Of a stretch of DNA of 64,000 bases, positions 17,133-25,676 are shown piece after piece. The notes beneath the pieces are model-generated. The model made no database searches. It was not told where the DNA came from and worked only from the letters and a program-made list of their open reading frames with translations. The stretch covers positions 12,489-76,488 of the forward strand of contig JBBINO010000003.1 in NCBI GenBank assembly GCA_037443845.1, read 5' to 3'. Numbering within the stretch: position 1 is the first letter of the stretch; each line of letters begins with the position of its first letter. The stretch is from Acidobacteriota bacterium (lineage in GTDB: Bacteria > Acidobacteriota > UBA4820 > DSQY01). Position numbers and translations under genes: made by a program.

Positions 17133-18245
17133 GTGGCGATGGCTGAAGCGCCGAAAACCTTTCCGTGCCCGCAGTGCGGCGGCCAGCTTGCGTGGAACCC
17201 CGCGCTCCAGCAGATGAAGTGCGCCTACTGCGGGTCGGACGTCGAGGTCCCCAAAGAGGGCCCGTTTCACGCCGAGGAGCACGACCTGCTGGCATTTCTA
17301 GACGAGCATCCTAAAGGCAAGGGCTACGGCGTCGAGCTAAAGACTCTTTCGTGCAAGCAGTGCGGCGCGACCGTCCAGCTTCCGCCGAGCGGGCGAAGGG
17401 ACCTCGCCTGCCCCTTCTGCGACACGCCGTACGTCGCGGAAGAGGCCTCGCCCGCGGCGACTCAGGACGTGGTCATGCCCGAATCGCTCATCCCCTTCAA
17501 GGTGCCACTCGCCCAATGCCAGGAGATGTTCAAAAAATGGATCGGCGCCGGCTGGTTCAGGCCGAACGACCTGAAGGCGATGGCGAGGCTCGACAAGATT
17601 ACCGGGCTCTACCTTCCCTTTTTCACCTTCGATGCACTGGCGAAGAGCGTGTGGAGCGCAATGGCCGGCTTTTATTACTACGTGACCGAAAGGGTCTCGG
17701 CCGTCGAGAACGGCCAGACCGTATGGCGCGACCAGCGGGTTCAGAAGGTCCGCTGGGAGCCGGCCTCCGGGACGAGGAGCGACTTCTACGACGACGTCCT
17801 GGTTCCGGCGGTCAAGGAGGAGAGGATCAACCTGATTTTGAAGGTTTATCCTTACGACACGAAGAACGGGCTGGTCGCATACGACACGCGCTACCTGGCT
17901 GGCTTCGGCATCCTGAACCCTGACATGGACCTGAAGTTCGTCTGGCGGATCGCGCAGAACAACATCGAGTCCGACCAGGTTTCCAAATGCAGCGGCGACG
18001 TCCCCGGCGACACCCAGCGCGACCTCGCCGTGAACACCAAGCTCTCGGAACAGACCTTCAAGCACCTGCTCTGCCCGCTGTGGGCGGGCTCCTTCAGGTA
18101 CAAGGGGAAGGTCTACAACTTCGTCGTCAACGGGGAGACGGGCGCGCTCTACGGCGAAAAGCCATGGAGCTGGTTCAAGATCACTCTGGCCGCCCTGGTC
18201 GCCGCGGGCGTCGCCGCCGCGGCCTACTACTTCTTCGGGAGGTGA
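17133..18245 (+). CDS. Hypothetical protein with two N-terminal zinc-ribbon pairs and a C-terminal TM anchor
   Basis: CPQCGG ... CAYCG and CKQCG ... CPFCD motifs. C-terminal hydrophobic helix ITLAALVAAGVAAAAYYFF. Strong RBS GGAGGAGG. 370 aa. No family assigned from sequence alone. Confidence 0.6.
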   Translation: MAMAEAPKTFPCPQCGGQLAWNPALQQMKCAYCGSDVEVPKEGPFHAEEHDLLAFLDEHPKGKGYGVELKTLSCKQCGATVQLPPSGRRDLACPFCDTPYVAEEASPAATQDVVMPESLIPFKVPLAQCQEMFKKWIGAGWFRPNDLKAMARLDKITGLYLPFFTFDALAKSVWSAMAGFYYYVTERVSAVENGQTVWRDQRVQKVRWEPASGTRSDFYDDVLVPAVKEERINLILKVYPYDTKNGLVAYDTRYLAGFGILNPDMDLKFVWRIAQNNIESDQVSKCSGDVPGDTQRDLAVNTKLSEQTFKHLLCPLWAGSFRYKGKVYNFVVNGETGALYGEKPWSWFKITLAALVAAGVAAAAYYFFGR

Positions 18246-19294
18246 CCACGGCGCTGGCCCTTCTTCCTGAAAAGGCGAAGCTCCTCGTCAGGCTGCCCAA
18301 CTGGCTCGGGGACGTGATTCTCTGCACCCCCGCGCTCTCGGCGCTGAAAAAGGCCCATCCCTCATGGGAGCTGACCGCGCTAGCCAAGCACGGGCTGAAA
18401 GAGGCGGTGCGGACGCTGCCGGGAATTACAAGCGTAGAGACGATAGAGGGGACGACGTTGAGGGCGGTGCGGCGCCAGGCGGGCGACCTGCGGAAAGAGG
18501 GGTTCGGCGCGGCGGTTATTTTTCCCAAGGGATTCCGGGAGGCGCTGCTGGCGAAGCTCGCCGGGATTCCGGTCCGCGCCGGGCTCGGCACCGACCACAG
18601 ATCGTTCCTGCTGACTCATCCGGTCTCCTTCACGAAGGAGGACTGGCACCTGCACCACGCGAAGCAGTTCGCGGCGGTGCTCTCGCCTTTCGGCGTGGCG
18701 CTAGAGGACGAACCGCTCTCTTTTCCTCTCGGTGATGAAGATAAAGCGCAGGCCGAAAATATTCTCTCCGAGGCGGGCCTTCTCGGCAAGCCGTTCGCCG
18801 TCTTTCATATTGGAGCGAGCAAGCCGCCCAGGGCGTGGCACGCCGGGCGGTTCGGCGAGGTTGGAAAAGCCCTTCTTGAAAGAAGAGGATTGACACCGGT
18901 TTTGGTGGGTGGCCCTGGCGACGCCGCCGTCCACGCGCGCTTTCGCGAGGCGTGCCCCGTGGCCGTTGACCTGGCCGGCAAGACGACGTTGCGCTCGATG
19001 GCCGCCGTCGTCGCGAAGGCCGCGCTCTTCGCTGGAAACGATTCCGGGCCGATGCACGTCGCCGCTGCCGTGGGGGTTCCCGTCGTTGCCGTCTTCGGCC
19101 CCGGCGCGCCGCACAAGACGGAGCCCTACCTTCCGTCAGCACGATTTCGCGTCATCTACGCCGCCCTGCCCTGTTCGCCCTGCCGCCAGGCCTTCTGGCA
19201 GGAGTGCCAGCCGTCAAAAGCCGGGAAGCCGCCGTGCCTTGAAGCGATCTCTCCGGAAGCCGTCGCCTCCGCCTGCGCGGAAATACTCTCCTGA
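18242..19294 (+). CDS. Glycosyltransferase family 9 (ADP-heptose:LPS heptosyltransferase-like)
   Basis: LPNWLGDVILCTPAL ... GNDSGPMHVAAAVGVPVVAVFGP motifs typical of WaaC/WaaF-type GT9. Start proposed at GTG 18242 (VTTALALLPEKAKLLV) inside GGGAGGTGA, overlapping the upstream stop. The ORF-track start 17987 lies inside the previous gene. Confidence 0.7.
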   Translation: MTTALALLPEKAKLLVRLPNWLGDVILCTPALSALKKAHPSWELTALAKHGLKEAVRTLPGITSVETIEGTTLRAVRRQAGDLRKEGFGAAVIFPKGFREALLAKLAGIPVRAGLGTDHRSFLLTHPVSFTKEDWHLHHAKQFAAVLSPFGVALEDEPLSFPLGDEDKAQAENILSEAGLLGKPFAVFHIGASKPPRAWHAGRFGEVGKALLERRGLTPVLVGGPGDAAVHARFREACPVAVDLAGKTTLRSMAAVVAKAALFAGNDSGPMHVAAAVGVPVVAVFGPGAPHKTEPYLPSARFRVIYAALPCSPCRQAFWQECQPSKAGKPPCLEAISPEAVASACAEILS

Positions 19295-19333
19295 AATTTC
19301 AAAGCCAGGGAGCGGTACAGTCATAAAGCGGGG

Positions 19334-20056
19334 ATGCGTCCCGCCTGCCGCGTGGTATACTTCGCTTTCTTGGAGGCGCGTTCGTTGTACGGAAATTACC
19401 AGGTGAGGCTTGGGGGGACTTGGACGAGGGCGGTGGGGGCGCTCATAGGCGTCAACGTCGCCGTTTTCCTCCTCCAGGCGTTCTCTCCGGGCCCTTTCCC
19501 TGGCTCGATTGACAGGCTTTCGGCGATGTTCGGGCTCGTTCCCGGCCATGTTTTTCCTGGCCGCGTCTACACGCTTCTCACCTACGCATTCCTCCACGGC
19601 AGCCCTATGCACCTTATTTTCAACATGCTGACGCTCTATTTTTTCGGCGGGGACTTGCAGCTCTTCATGGGGTTGAAGCGGTTCCTGATCCTCTACTTCG
19701 GGGCGGCGCTTTCGGGAGGCATCCTGGGCGCCTTCATGCCCCAAGGCAACGTGGTGATAATCGGCGCGAGCGGCGCGCTCTTCGGCATTCTGGCCGCCTA
19801 CGCGGTCTATTTTCCCCAAACGAAGGTGCTGCTCTTCTTCATAATCCCGATGAAGATCTGGGTGCTGGTCGTGGGTTTCATGGTGGTGAGCGTCTATTTC
19901 ATCGCGGTCGGGGGAGGCGGAAACATTGCGCACCTCGCCCACCTGGGCGGAGCGATTTTCGGGTTTCTCTACGTCGGCCGGTTATGGCGGCTCAAGGCGC
20001 TGGCCGGCGACCTCAAGTACAAGTGGCGCCGGCGCCGCTTCCGCAGAATCCAGTAG
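19334..20056 (+). CDS. Rhomboid-family intramembrane serine protease
   Basis: GASGALFG catalytic Ser motif, AHLGG catalytic His, six predicted TM helices. 240 aa; the exact start is uncertain. Confidence 0.75.
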   Translation: MRPACRVVYFAFLEARSLYGNYQVRLGGTWTRAVGALIGVNVAVFLLQAFSPGPFPGSIDRLSAMFGLVPGHVFPGRVYTLLTYAFLHGSPMHLIFNMLTLYFFGGDLQLFMGLKRFLILYFGAALSGGILGAFMPQGNVVIIGASGALFGILAAYAVYFPQTKVLLFFIIPMKIWVLVVGFMVVSVYFIAVGGGGNIAHLAHLGGAIFGFLYVGRLWRLKALAGDLKYKWRRRRFRRIQ

Positions 20057-20065
20057 GAAGAGAAA

Positions 20066-21412
20066 ATGAACGCCTCTGAGGCCAAGGCGCTCGCTCCGTT
20101 GGTCGAGGCGGCCATTGGAGGCCGGTTCATCAGGGAGGTGTCTTCTCCCGCCCCGTTCTTCCTCGGCCTCGTATTCTCGGCCGGGGAGACGCTCGGCTTA
20201 TGTTGCAGGCCGGATGCTTTTCACCTGGGTCTCTGTTCGTGGCCTTGGCCGGATGGCGCCGTGCCGGATATCCTTCGAGCCCGCTTGAAGAGCGCCCGGG
20301 TGGAACGGGCCGAGCCGGTGGCGGACGAGCCGGTCCTGAAACTGGTCATGGCTGGGGGCGGGGTGCTCGTCTGCGAGGGGCTGGGGCGCGCCGCCAACCT
20401 CCTTCTGCTTTCGGAAGAGGGCGCCGTCCTCTGGGCAGCGAGACGGTTCAAGGGCGAGTTCAGGACGGGCGCCTGCGGCGAGATTTGGGCGCCGCCTCCG
20501 CCCAGGCAAGGCGTGACCGCGACATCGCCCGAGGGCGATCCGGAGCGCTATTTTCGCGAAACGGCCTCTGAGGCAATCAGGGCCGCGCTCGTTGACGCCG
20601 GACGGCGGCGAGCGATGCAGGCCATCCAAAAAAGAACGCTGGCGCTTCAAAGGCGCCTGAAGGCCGTGGAAGCGGATCGCTTCGAGGGCCGTTCGTGGGC
20701 CGGGCTCGAAGCGGCCGGGAAAGCCCTTTTGTCCCAAAAAGATCTCGGGCGAAGGGGACTTTCCAAGGCCGAAGTGATGGACTACGAAGCCTCGCCCCCT
20801 AAAACCGTTACCGTTGAGCTCGACCCCTCCATGTCGCTTAAAGAAAACGCCGCGCGATTCTTTAGGCTTGCGAAGCGCGGCAAGGCCAGAATCGAGAAAA
20901 CCGCGGCGATCTTGGCCAGCATCGCGAGGGACGAGGCGGCGCTTGCCCTGGAGCGCGAAGCAGTGGCCGCCGAGAGCGACCTTTCCCGCCTCTTTCCCAA
21001 GCCAGCCAAGGCAACGTCCCGCGAGAAGGCGGCGGGCGGAGGCAAGCTGCCCAAGGGGGTTACGAAGCTCGATCTGCCGCAAGGGTTCACCGGATACGCC
21101 GGCAAGACCGCGCAGGCGAACGACTTCGTGACTTTCAGGATTGGGCGTGGCGAGGATTTCTGGTTCCACGCGGCCGATTACCCCGGCTGCCACGTCGTCG
21201 TGCGCAACCCGTCCCGGCTCGAAGAGTGCCCGTACGGTGTTGCCCAGGCTGCGGCTCTTTTCGCCGCCCGCCATAGCAAGGCGCCGCAGGAAGGCCGCGT
21301 GGCGGTCGTTTTCGCCCGCTGCAAGAACCTGAGGCGCGTGCCGCGCTGCGTGGGCATGGTCACCATGGCGCGCTCAAGGACCCTTGACGTTGAACTCAAA
21401 GGGCGCGGGTGA
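20066..21412 (+). CDS. NFACT-family RNA-binding protein (RqcH / FbpA-like, ribosome-associated quality control homolog)
   Basis: N-terminal NFACT-N-like region, central coiled coil, C-terminal NFACT-R/DUF814 signature DFWFHAADYPGCHVVV. 448 aa. Confidence 0.7.
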   Translation: MNASEAKALAPLVEAAIGGRFIREVSSPAPFFLGLVFSAGETLGLCCRPDAFHLGLCSWPWPDGAVPDILRARLKSARVERAEPVADEPVLKLVMAGGGVLVCEGLGRAANLLLLSEEGAVLWAARRFKGEFRTGACGEIWAPPPPRQGVTATSPEGDPERYFRETASEAIRAALVDAGRRRAMQAIQKRTLALQRRLKAVEADRFEGRSWAGLEAAGKALLSQKDLGRRGLSKAEVMDYEASPPKTVTVELDPSMSLKENAARFFRLAKRGKARIEKTAAILASIARDEAALALEREAVAAESDLSRLFPKPAKATSREKAAGGGKLPKGVTKLDLPQGFTGYAGKTAQANDFVTFRIGRGEDFWFHAADYPGCHVVVRNPSRLEECPYGVAQAAALFAARHSKAPQEGRVAVVFARCKNLRRVPRCVGMVTMARSRTLDVELKGRG

Positions 21413-21444
21413 TATCCTTTAGGGCGAAGGTTGAGGAGGTGGCG

Positions 21445-22368
21445 ATGATCCTTCGTTGGCCGAAATGTCTCTTGACGGTCCTGCTCCTCTGTCTGGCTTC
21501 GTTCAGCGCGAGCGCCTCGGGCGTTTTCGTCGTGCTGCGAAAGGGCGTGCAGGCTTACGACGACGCGAAGAACGGCTTCATCCAGATGGCCTACGCCAAG
21601 CAGCTCCGCGGCTTCAACCCGGCCGCCGTGGAACTTGACGGGACGGACAAGGATGACGCCGCGCTCGCGGCTTTGAAGGGGCAGGCTCCGGACCTGATTT
21701 TTGCCGTCGGCTCCTATGCGGCCAAGAAGGCAAGGCAGGCCATGCCGGACGTGGAGATCGTCTACGCCATGGTCTACTATCCGGAGGTTGACGGCCTGAC
21801 GCACGACGCCAAGATGACCGGCGTCGCCTCCCTTGGCGCGCCAAAGCTGCTTGCGCAAGTGATAAAGTCCTTGGGCAAGGGGAAGAGCATCATCGTCTTG
21901 AACCAGGCTGCCATTTCGGCTTCGGCGCTCGAAATCGCCTCGACCCTTGGCGGCGAGGGGCTTTCCGCCTCGACCTCGACCGTGCAGGGGACCGACGACC
22001 TCCCGAAGGTTCTGGACGGGATTCGGGGCCAGGCCCAGTACGTTCTTCTTCTGCCCGATCCGCTGACCCAGTCCCCGGAGTCGCTCCGCTTCATCATCTC
22101 GAAATGCGTTGACGGTGGGATGATACCGCTCGCCTATTCGGAAGGGCTGGTCTCCAACGGGGCGTTTGCCGCCGCCTATATTCCTCCCGAATCGGCGGGG
22201 TCGAAGGCGGCCGAAATCGCCTCCGAAATCCTCTCCTCGGGCAAGGCGCCGGACACGAAAGTGGTTCCGGTCACCGACGCGGCGACGGCCGTGAACAAAG
22301 GCACGGCGAGAGCCTTGAGGATCAACAAGCTGCCCAAGGAGCTCGCCTCGGGGACGATCTATGAGTGA
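21445..22368 (+). CDS. Periplasmic substrate-binding protein (ABC-type uncharacterised transport system periplasmic component, COG2984-like)
   Basis: Signal peptide MILRWPKCLLTVLLLCLASFSASASG, with RBS GAGGAGG 7 nt upstream of ATG 21445. Type-I periplasmic-binding-like fold implied by alternating hydrophobic/Gly-rich segments. Its stop overlaps the MCP start by 8 nt. Confidence 0.6.
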   Translation: MILRWPKCLLTVLLLCLASFSASASGVFVVLRKGVQAYDDAKNGFIQMAYAKQLRGFNPAAVELDGTDKDDAALAALKGQAPDLIFAVGSYAAKKARQAMPDVEIVYAMVYYPEVDGLTHDAKMTGVASLGAPKLLAQVIKSLGKGKSIIVLNQAAISASALEIASTLGGEGLSASTSTVQGTDDLPKVLDGIRGQAQYVLLLPDPLTQSPESLRFIISKCVDGGMIPLAYSEGLVSNGAFAAAYIPPESAGSKAAEIASEILSSGKAPDTKVVPVTDAATAVNKGTARALRINKLPKELASGTIYE

Positions 22369-24520
22369 GCGCTTCAATGTCCGCGGACTTTTCGAGAAGT
22401 TCGTGGGGGGGAGCGTACGCGGGCAGATACTGTCGGTCCTCGTGGTGTTGCTTTTCCTGGGTTCGCTGGCCCAGGCGCTCCTTTTTTACGCCAAGTCGCG
22501 GTCCGTCGCGCTGGGACAGATCCAGGAGTCGTACAAGAGCCTCGGCGTCATGGTAGGGAACCTTTCCACTTACGACTTGCAGTTCAACAAGCAGGGGCTG
22601 AAGAACACTCTCGACGGCATGCTGAAGGCCGATCCCAACATCCTATGGGCGGAGTTTACCGACGCCTCCGAAAAGGTCCTTCAGGCGGACGGCCCGCTCG
22701 GCAAGGCGCCTTACGAGCCATTCTCCGCGCTTCCGGCTGCCGTCGCCGTCTCCTCGCAGAAGACCGACAAGGGAGCGGCGCTTCTGATCAGGGTCCCGAT
22801 ACGCAAAGCCGCCGAGGCGGCGACGCCGGTTGGAGAATTTGGCTTTGAAACCCAGGGCTCGGCACCATCCGGCCCGAAAGACCTCGGCGAAATGAGAATG
22901 GTCGTCGCCCTTTCGGGCCTTTCGGCGCTGCGCCGCGGCTACCTGATTTTCGGCTTGCTCGCGATCCTGGCGACCATGGCGCTGGGCACCTTCATTTCCC
23001 TGATGGTGACCAATTACCTGACCGCCCCGATATACAGCCTCACGACGCTGGCGAAGAGGATCGCCGGGGGCGACCTTACCGCGGCCGCGGAGGCGGAGCG
23101 GCGAAGAGACGAGCTCGGGAGGCTTGCCCAGAGTTTCAGGGAGATGTCAGGCCAGCTCGCCTCGATGATTAGGGACATACGGGGAGCCTTTCAAAAGGTG
23201 GAGGCGGACACCCAATCGGTTCGCGGGCAGCTCGACAGCAACCTCGAACAGGCGAAGGCCCAGGACGCGGCCGCCAACCGCGTTTCCGCTTCCCTCAGGA
23301 CGATTCAGAATTCCGTCGTGGAAGTTTCCCGGCAGATGGAGGGGCTCTCACAGCTCGCCGAGGAGGTAAGCTCCTCCGTCCTCGAGATGATCACCAGCAT
23401 CGAGGAGATCGCGTCGAGCGCCGACGGGCTGACCGACCAGGTGAACAAGGCCGCCTCCACGCTGTCACAGAACGTCGCCGCCCAGCGCCAGATAAGCGCG
23501 TCGGCAATCACGCTAAACAGGTTCGTCGAAGAGACTTCGGCGGCCATGACCGAAATGAGCGCGAGCATCAGGCAGATCGAGCAGAACGCCCTTCGCAGCA
23601 GGGAGGCGGCGGAGAACGCCTCCTCGGAGGCGAAATCGGGCGTGGTCGCGGTCGAGCGCTCTGCCCAAAGCGTGAAGGAGTTGCAGGGTTCCTTCGGCAA
23701 AACCGTGGAGGCGATGAAGCTTCTTGGCCAGCGGAGCGAAGAGGTGGGCAACATACTCTCGGTCATTGACGAGGTGATGGAGCAGACCCACCTGCTCGCC
23801 CTGAACGCCGCGATCATCGCGGCGCAGGCCGGCGAGCACGGGAAGTCCTTCGCGGTGGTGGCCTCCGAAATCCGGGGGCTGGCCGAGAAGACTTCCGTTT
23901 CGACGAGGGAGATCGCCTCGCTGGTGTCGAGCGTTCAGGCGGAGGTCCACAAGGCGGTGGAGAGCGTCACCTCGCAAACGGCCGTCCTCGATGAGAGCGT
24001 CGCCGCGTCGGGCGCAACGGCCGCTTCGTTCAAGCGGATCGAGCAATCGGTCGCCCCGGCCGTCCAGATGGTTCAGGAAATAGCCCGCGCCACCGTCGAG
24101 CAGAGCCGTTCGGCCGACGGCGTTTCAAAATCGCTCGACCAGGTCCGCGACCTCGCCCACCAGGTTGGCAAGGCGACCAGCGAGCAGTCCCAGAGCAGCG
24201 GCCAGATTCTCGATGCTGTCAACCGGATAAGGAGCCTTTCCGAGGAGGTCAAGCGGGCCACCAAGGAACAGAGCACCGGCTCGGCGATGATCAGGGAGGC
24301 GATGGAGCGGCTGACCTCCTCCGTCGCCGAAGTACTCTCCCAGACCGCCGCGCAGATGGAGGCCGCCAAGGGCGGCGCGAAGTCGGTGAAGGAATTCGGC
24401 GAGGCCAGCCAGGCCGGAGTGGCTATAGTCCACGAAGCGCGCTCTCAAATGGAGGCCCTTTCCACGCGAGCCGAGGAGGCCGGGCGCGAGCTGGCCAGGT
24501 TCCGCACGGAGGGCGGCTGA
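22361..24520 (+). CDS. Methyl-accepting chemotaxis protein (periplasmic sensor domain, HAMP, long MCP signalling domain)
   Basis: Two TM segments flanking an about 170-aa periplasmic domain. HAMP (GDLTAAAEAERRRDELGRLAQSFREM). Highly conserved MCP signalling hairpin LLALNAAIIAAQAGEHGKSFAVVASEIRGLAEKT. 719 aa. Confidence 0.85.
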   Translation: MSERFNVRGLFEKFVGGSVRGQILSVLVVLLFLGSLAQALLFYAKSRSVALGQIQESYKSLGVMVGNLSTYDLQFNKQGLKNTLDGMLKADPNILWAEFTDASEKVLQADGPLGKAPYEPFSALPAAVAVSSQKTDKGAALLIRVPIRKAAEAATPVGEFGFETQGSAPSGPKDLGEMRMVVALSGLSALRRGYLIFGLLAILATMALGTFISLMVTNYLTAPIYSLTTLAKRIAGGDLTAAAEAERRRDELGRLAQSFREMSGQLASMIRDIRGAFQKVEADTQSVRGQLDSNLEQAKAQDAAANRVSASLRTIQNSVVEVSRQMEGLSQLAEEVSSSVLEMITSIEEIASSADGLTDQVNKAASTLSQNVAAQRQISASAITLNRFVEETSAAMTEMSASIRQIEQNALRSREAAENASSEAKSGVVAVERSAQSVKELQGSFGKTVEAMKLLGQRSEEVGNILSVIDEVMEQTHLLALNAAIIAAQAGEHGKSFAVVASEIRGLAEKTSVSTREIASLVSSVQAEVHKAVESVTSQTAVLDESVAASGATAASFKRIEQSVAPAVQMVQEIARATVEQSRSADGVSKSLDQVRDLAHQVGKATSEQSQSSGQILDAVNRIRSLSEEVKRATKEQSTGSAMIREAMERLTSSVAEVLSQTAAQMEAAKGGAKSVKEFGEASQAGVAIVHEARSQMEALSTRAEEAGRELARFRTEGG

Positions 24521-24526
24521 GGCGCC

Positions 24527-25045
24527 ATGGAGAGCCTTTTCGCCGCGAGAAAACCGCAAGCCGCGCCCGACGCCGAGACCCTTTACCTCGGCTTTGTCGT
24601 CGCTGGGCAGGACTACGCCCTTCCCATCGCCTGCGTGAGAGAAATTCTCAGGGTTCCGAAAATACATGCCTTCCCAAAGGTCCCGGAGTTCGTGAAGGGA
24701 GTCATTGACCTCAGGGGGACAATCCTTCCAGTCGTGGACCTAAAGGAGAGGATCGGCCTCGGAACGGTTGACAAGGCAAGGGGCCGGGTGATCGTCCTCG
24801 TCCCCAACCATCAACCGATGGGGCTTCTAGTGGACAAGGCGGTCGAAGTTTTCCCCTGTTCGGAAGCGCTTCTCAAGCCGAAGCCGGAGTTGCTGCAGAA
24901 GGCCCCGGTTCCCTTTCTCGCCGGCATAATTTCAAGGGAGGGGACCCTTTACTACGCGCTCGACCCGAAGTTGATCCTTACGCCTCGCGAGTTCGAGATT
25001 CTGGAAACGCACCGATGGGTCGTGCCTGATGAAAAGCAGAAGTGA
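24527..25045 (+). CDS. cheW: Chemotaxis coupling protein CheW
   Basis: CheW-like domain: LYLGFVVAGQDYALPIACVREIL ... GVIDLRG ... PVVDL ... VIVL ... GLLVDKV-like. 172 aa. Confidence 0.85.
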   Translation: MESLFAARKPQAAPDAETLYLGFVVAGQDYALPIACVREILRVPKIHAFPKVPEFVKGVIDLRGTILPVVDLKERIGLGTVDKARGRVIVLVPNHQPMGLLVDKAVEVFPCSEALLKPKPELLQKAPVPFLAGIISREGTLYYALDPKLILTPREFEILETHRWVVPDEKQK

Positions 25046-25676
25046 CCGCCTTTCAAAACTGGAAGGCGGGTTGACGGACCCTTTCCTCCCGCCCGGCGAG
25101 GCGTCAAAAAGGCTGGAGGAGTGGTGGAACGAAGGGGTGGTAGCCGCGGCCGCGCCAATGGCGCTCTGGGCCGCGCTGCAAGAGGCTCAGCCTAAGCTTC
25201 GCCGAATCGGGCTCGTGGCTTTTCCATCAGGCGGGCAGACGAACACGGGAAAGCGCGTCGAGCTTCTCGAATGCGTGCGCATGGGCCTTCACGGCGCGGA
25301 GGTCGTGCTCAATGGGGGCTGCCTGGCCGAGGGCCTCTGGGGGGAAGTGGAAAAGGAGATGCGTGATCTTCTGAAGACGGCGCCCGAGATAGAATTGCGG
25401 TTCGCCGTAGAGTGGGGCAGGCTTGGAGATGAAGCCAGGAGGCGGCTCGTTCGTCTCCTCAAGGACAACCAGCCCAAAGTGTTACGCGCCGCCACCGGCG
25501 TCTACGGCCCGGCCTTGACGTTCCAGGAAGTTGCCTCACTGCGCGCCATGCTTCCGAAAGGGGTGCGCCTCAAGCTCCCCGCCGGAAAAGACGGGCCGCC
25601 GCCGGCAAAGTACCTTGACGCCGGCGCGGACCTGGTGGAAAGCGAAACCCCCTTGTCGTGCGGTGAGCGGCCATGA
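25029..25676 (+). CDS. DeoC/DERA-family aldolase-like protein (divergent), co-transcribed with the chemosensory genes
   Basis: Segments resemble E. coli DeoC blocks: IGLVAFPSGG vs IATVTNFPHG, GAEVVLNGG vs GADEVDVV, KVLRAATGV vs IKTSTGK, GVRLKLPAGKD vs GFKPAGGVRT. Overlaps cheW by 17 nt and the next gene by 4 nt. Family assignment tentative. Confidence 0.4.
   Translation: MKSRSDRLSKLEGGLTDPFLPPGEASKRLEEWWNEGVVAAAAPMALWAALQEAQPKLRRIGLVAFPSGGQTNTGKRVELLECVRMGLHGAEVVLNGGCLAEGLWGEVEKEMRDLLKTAPEIELRFAVEWGRLGDEARRRLVRLLKDNQPKVLRAATGVYGPALTFQEVASLRAMLPKGVRLKLPAGKDGPPPAKYLDAGADLVESETPLSCGERP

Noticed and set aside
17987-18241. N-terminal extensions in the ORF track: heptosyltransferase from 17987, kinase from 9563, metG from 50263, Ser/Thr kinase from 29969, NuoF-like from 12515, GMC oxidoreductase from 39395, DUF4190 from 38499
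   Set aside because: The extensions overlap upstream genes or repeat elements, encode low-complexity peptide, and internal starts with good RBSs give proteins of canonical length.
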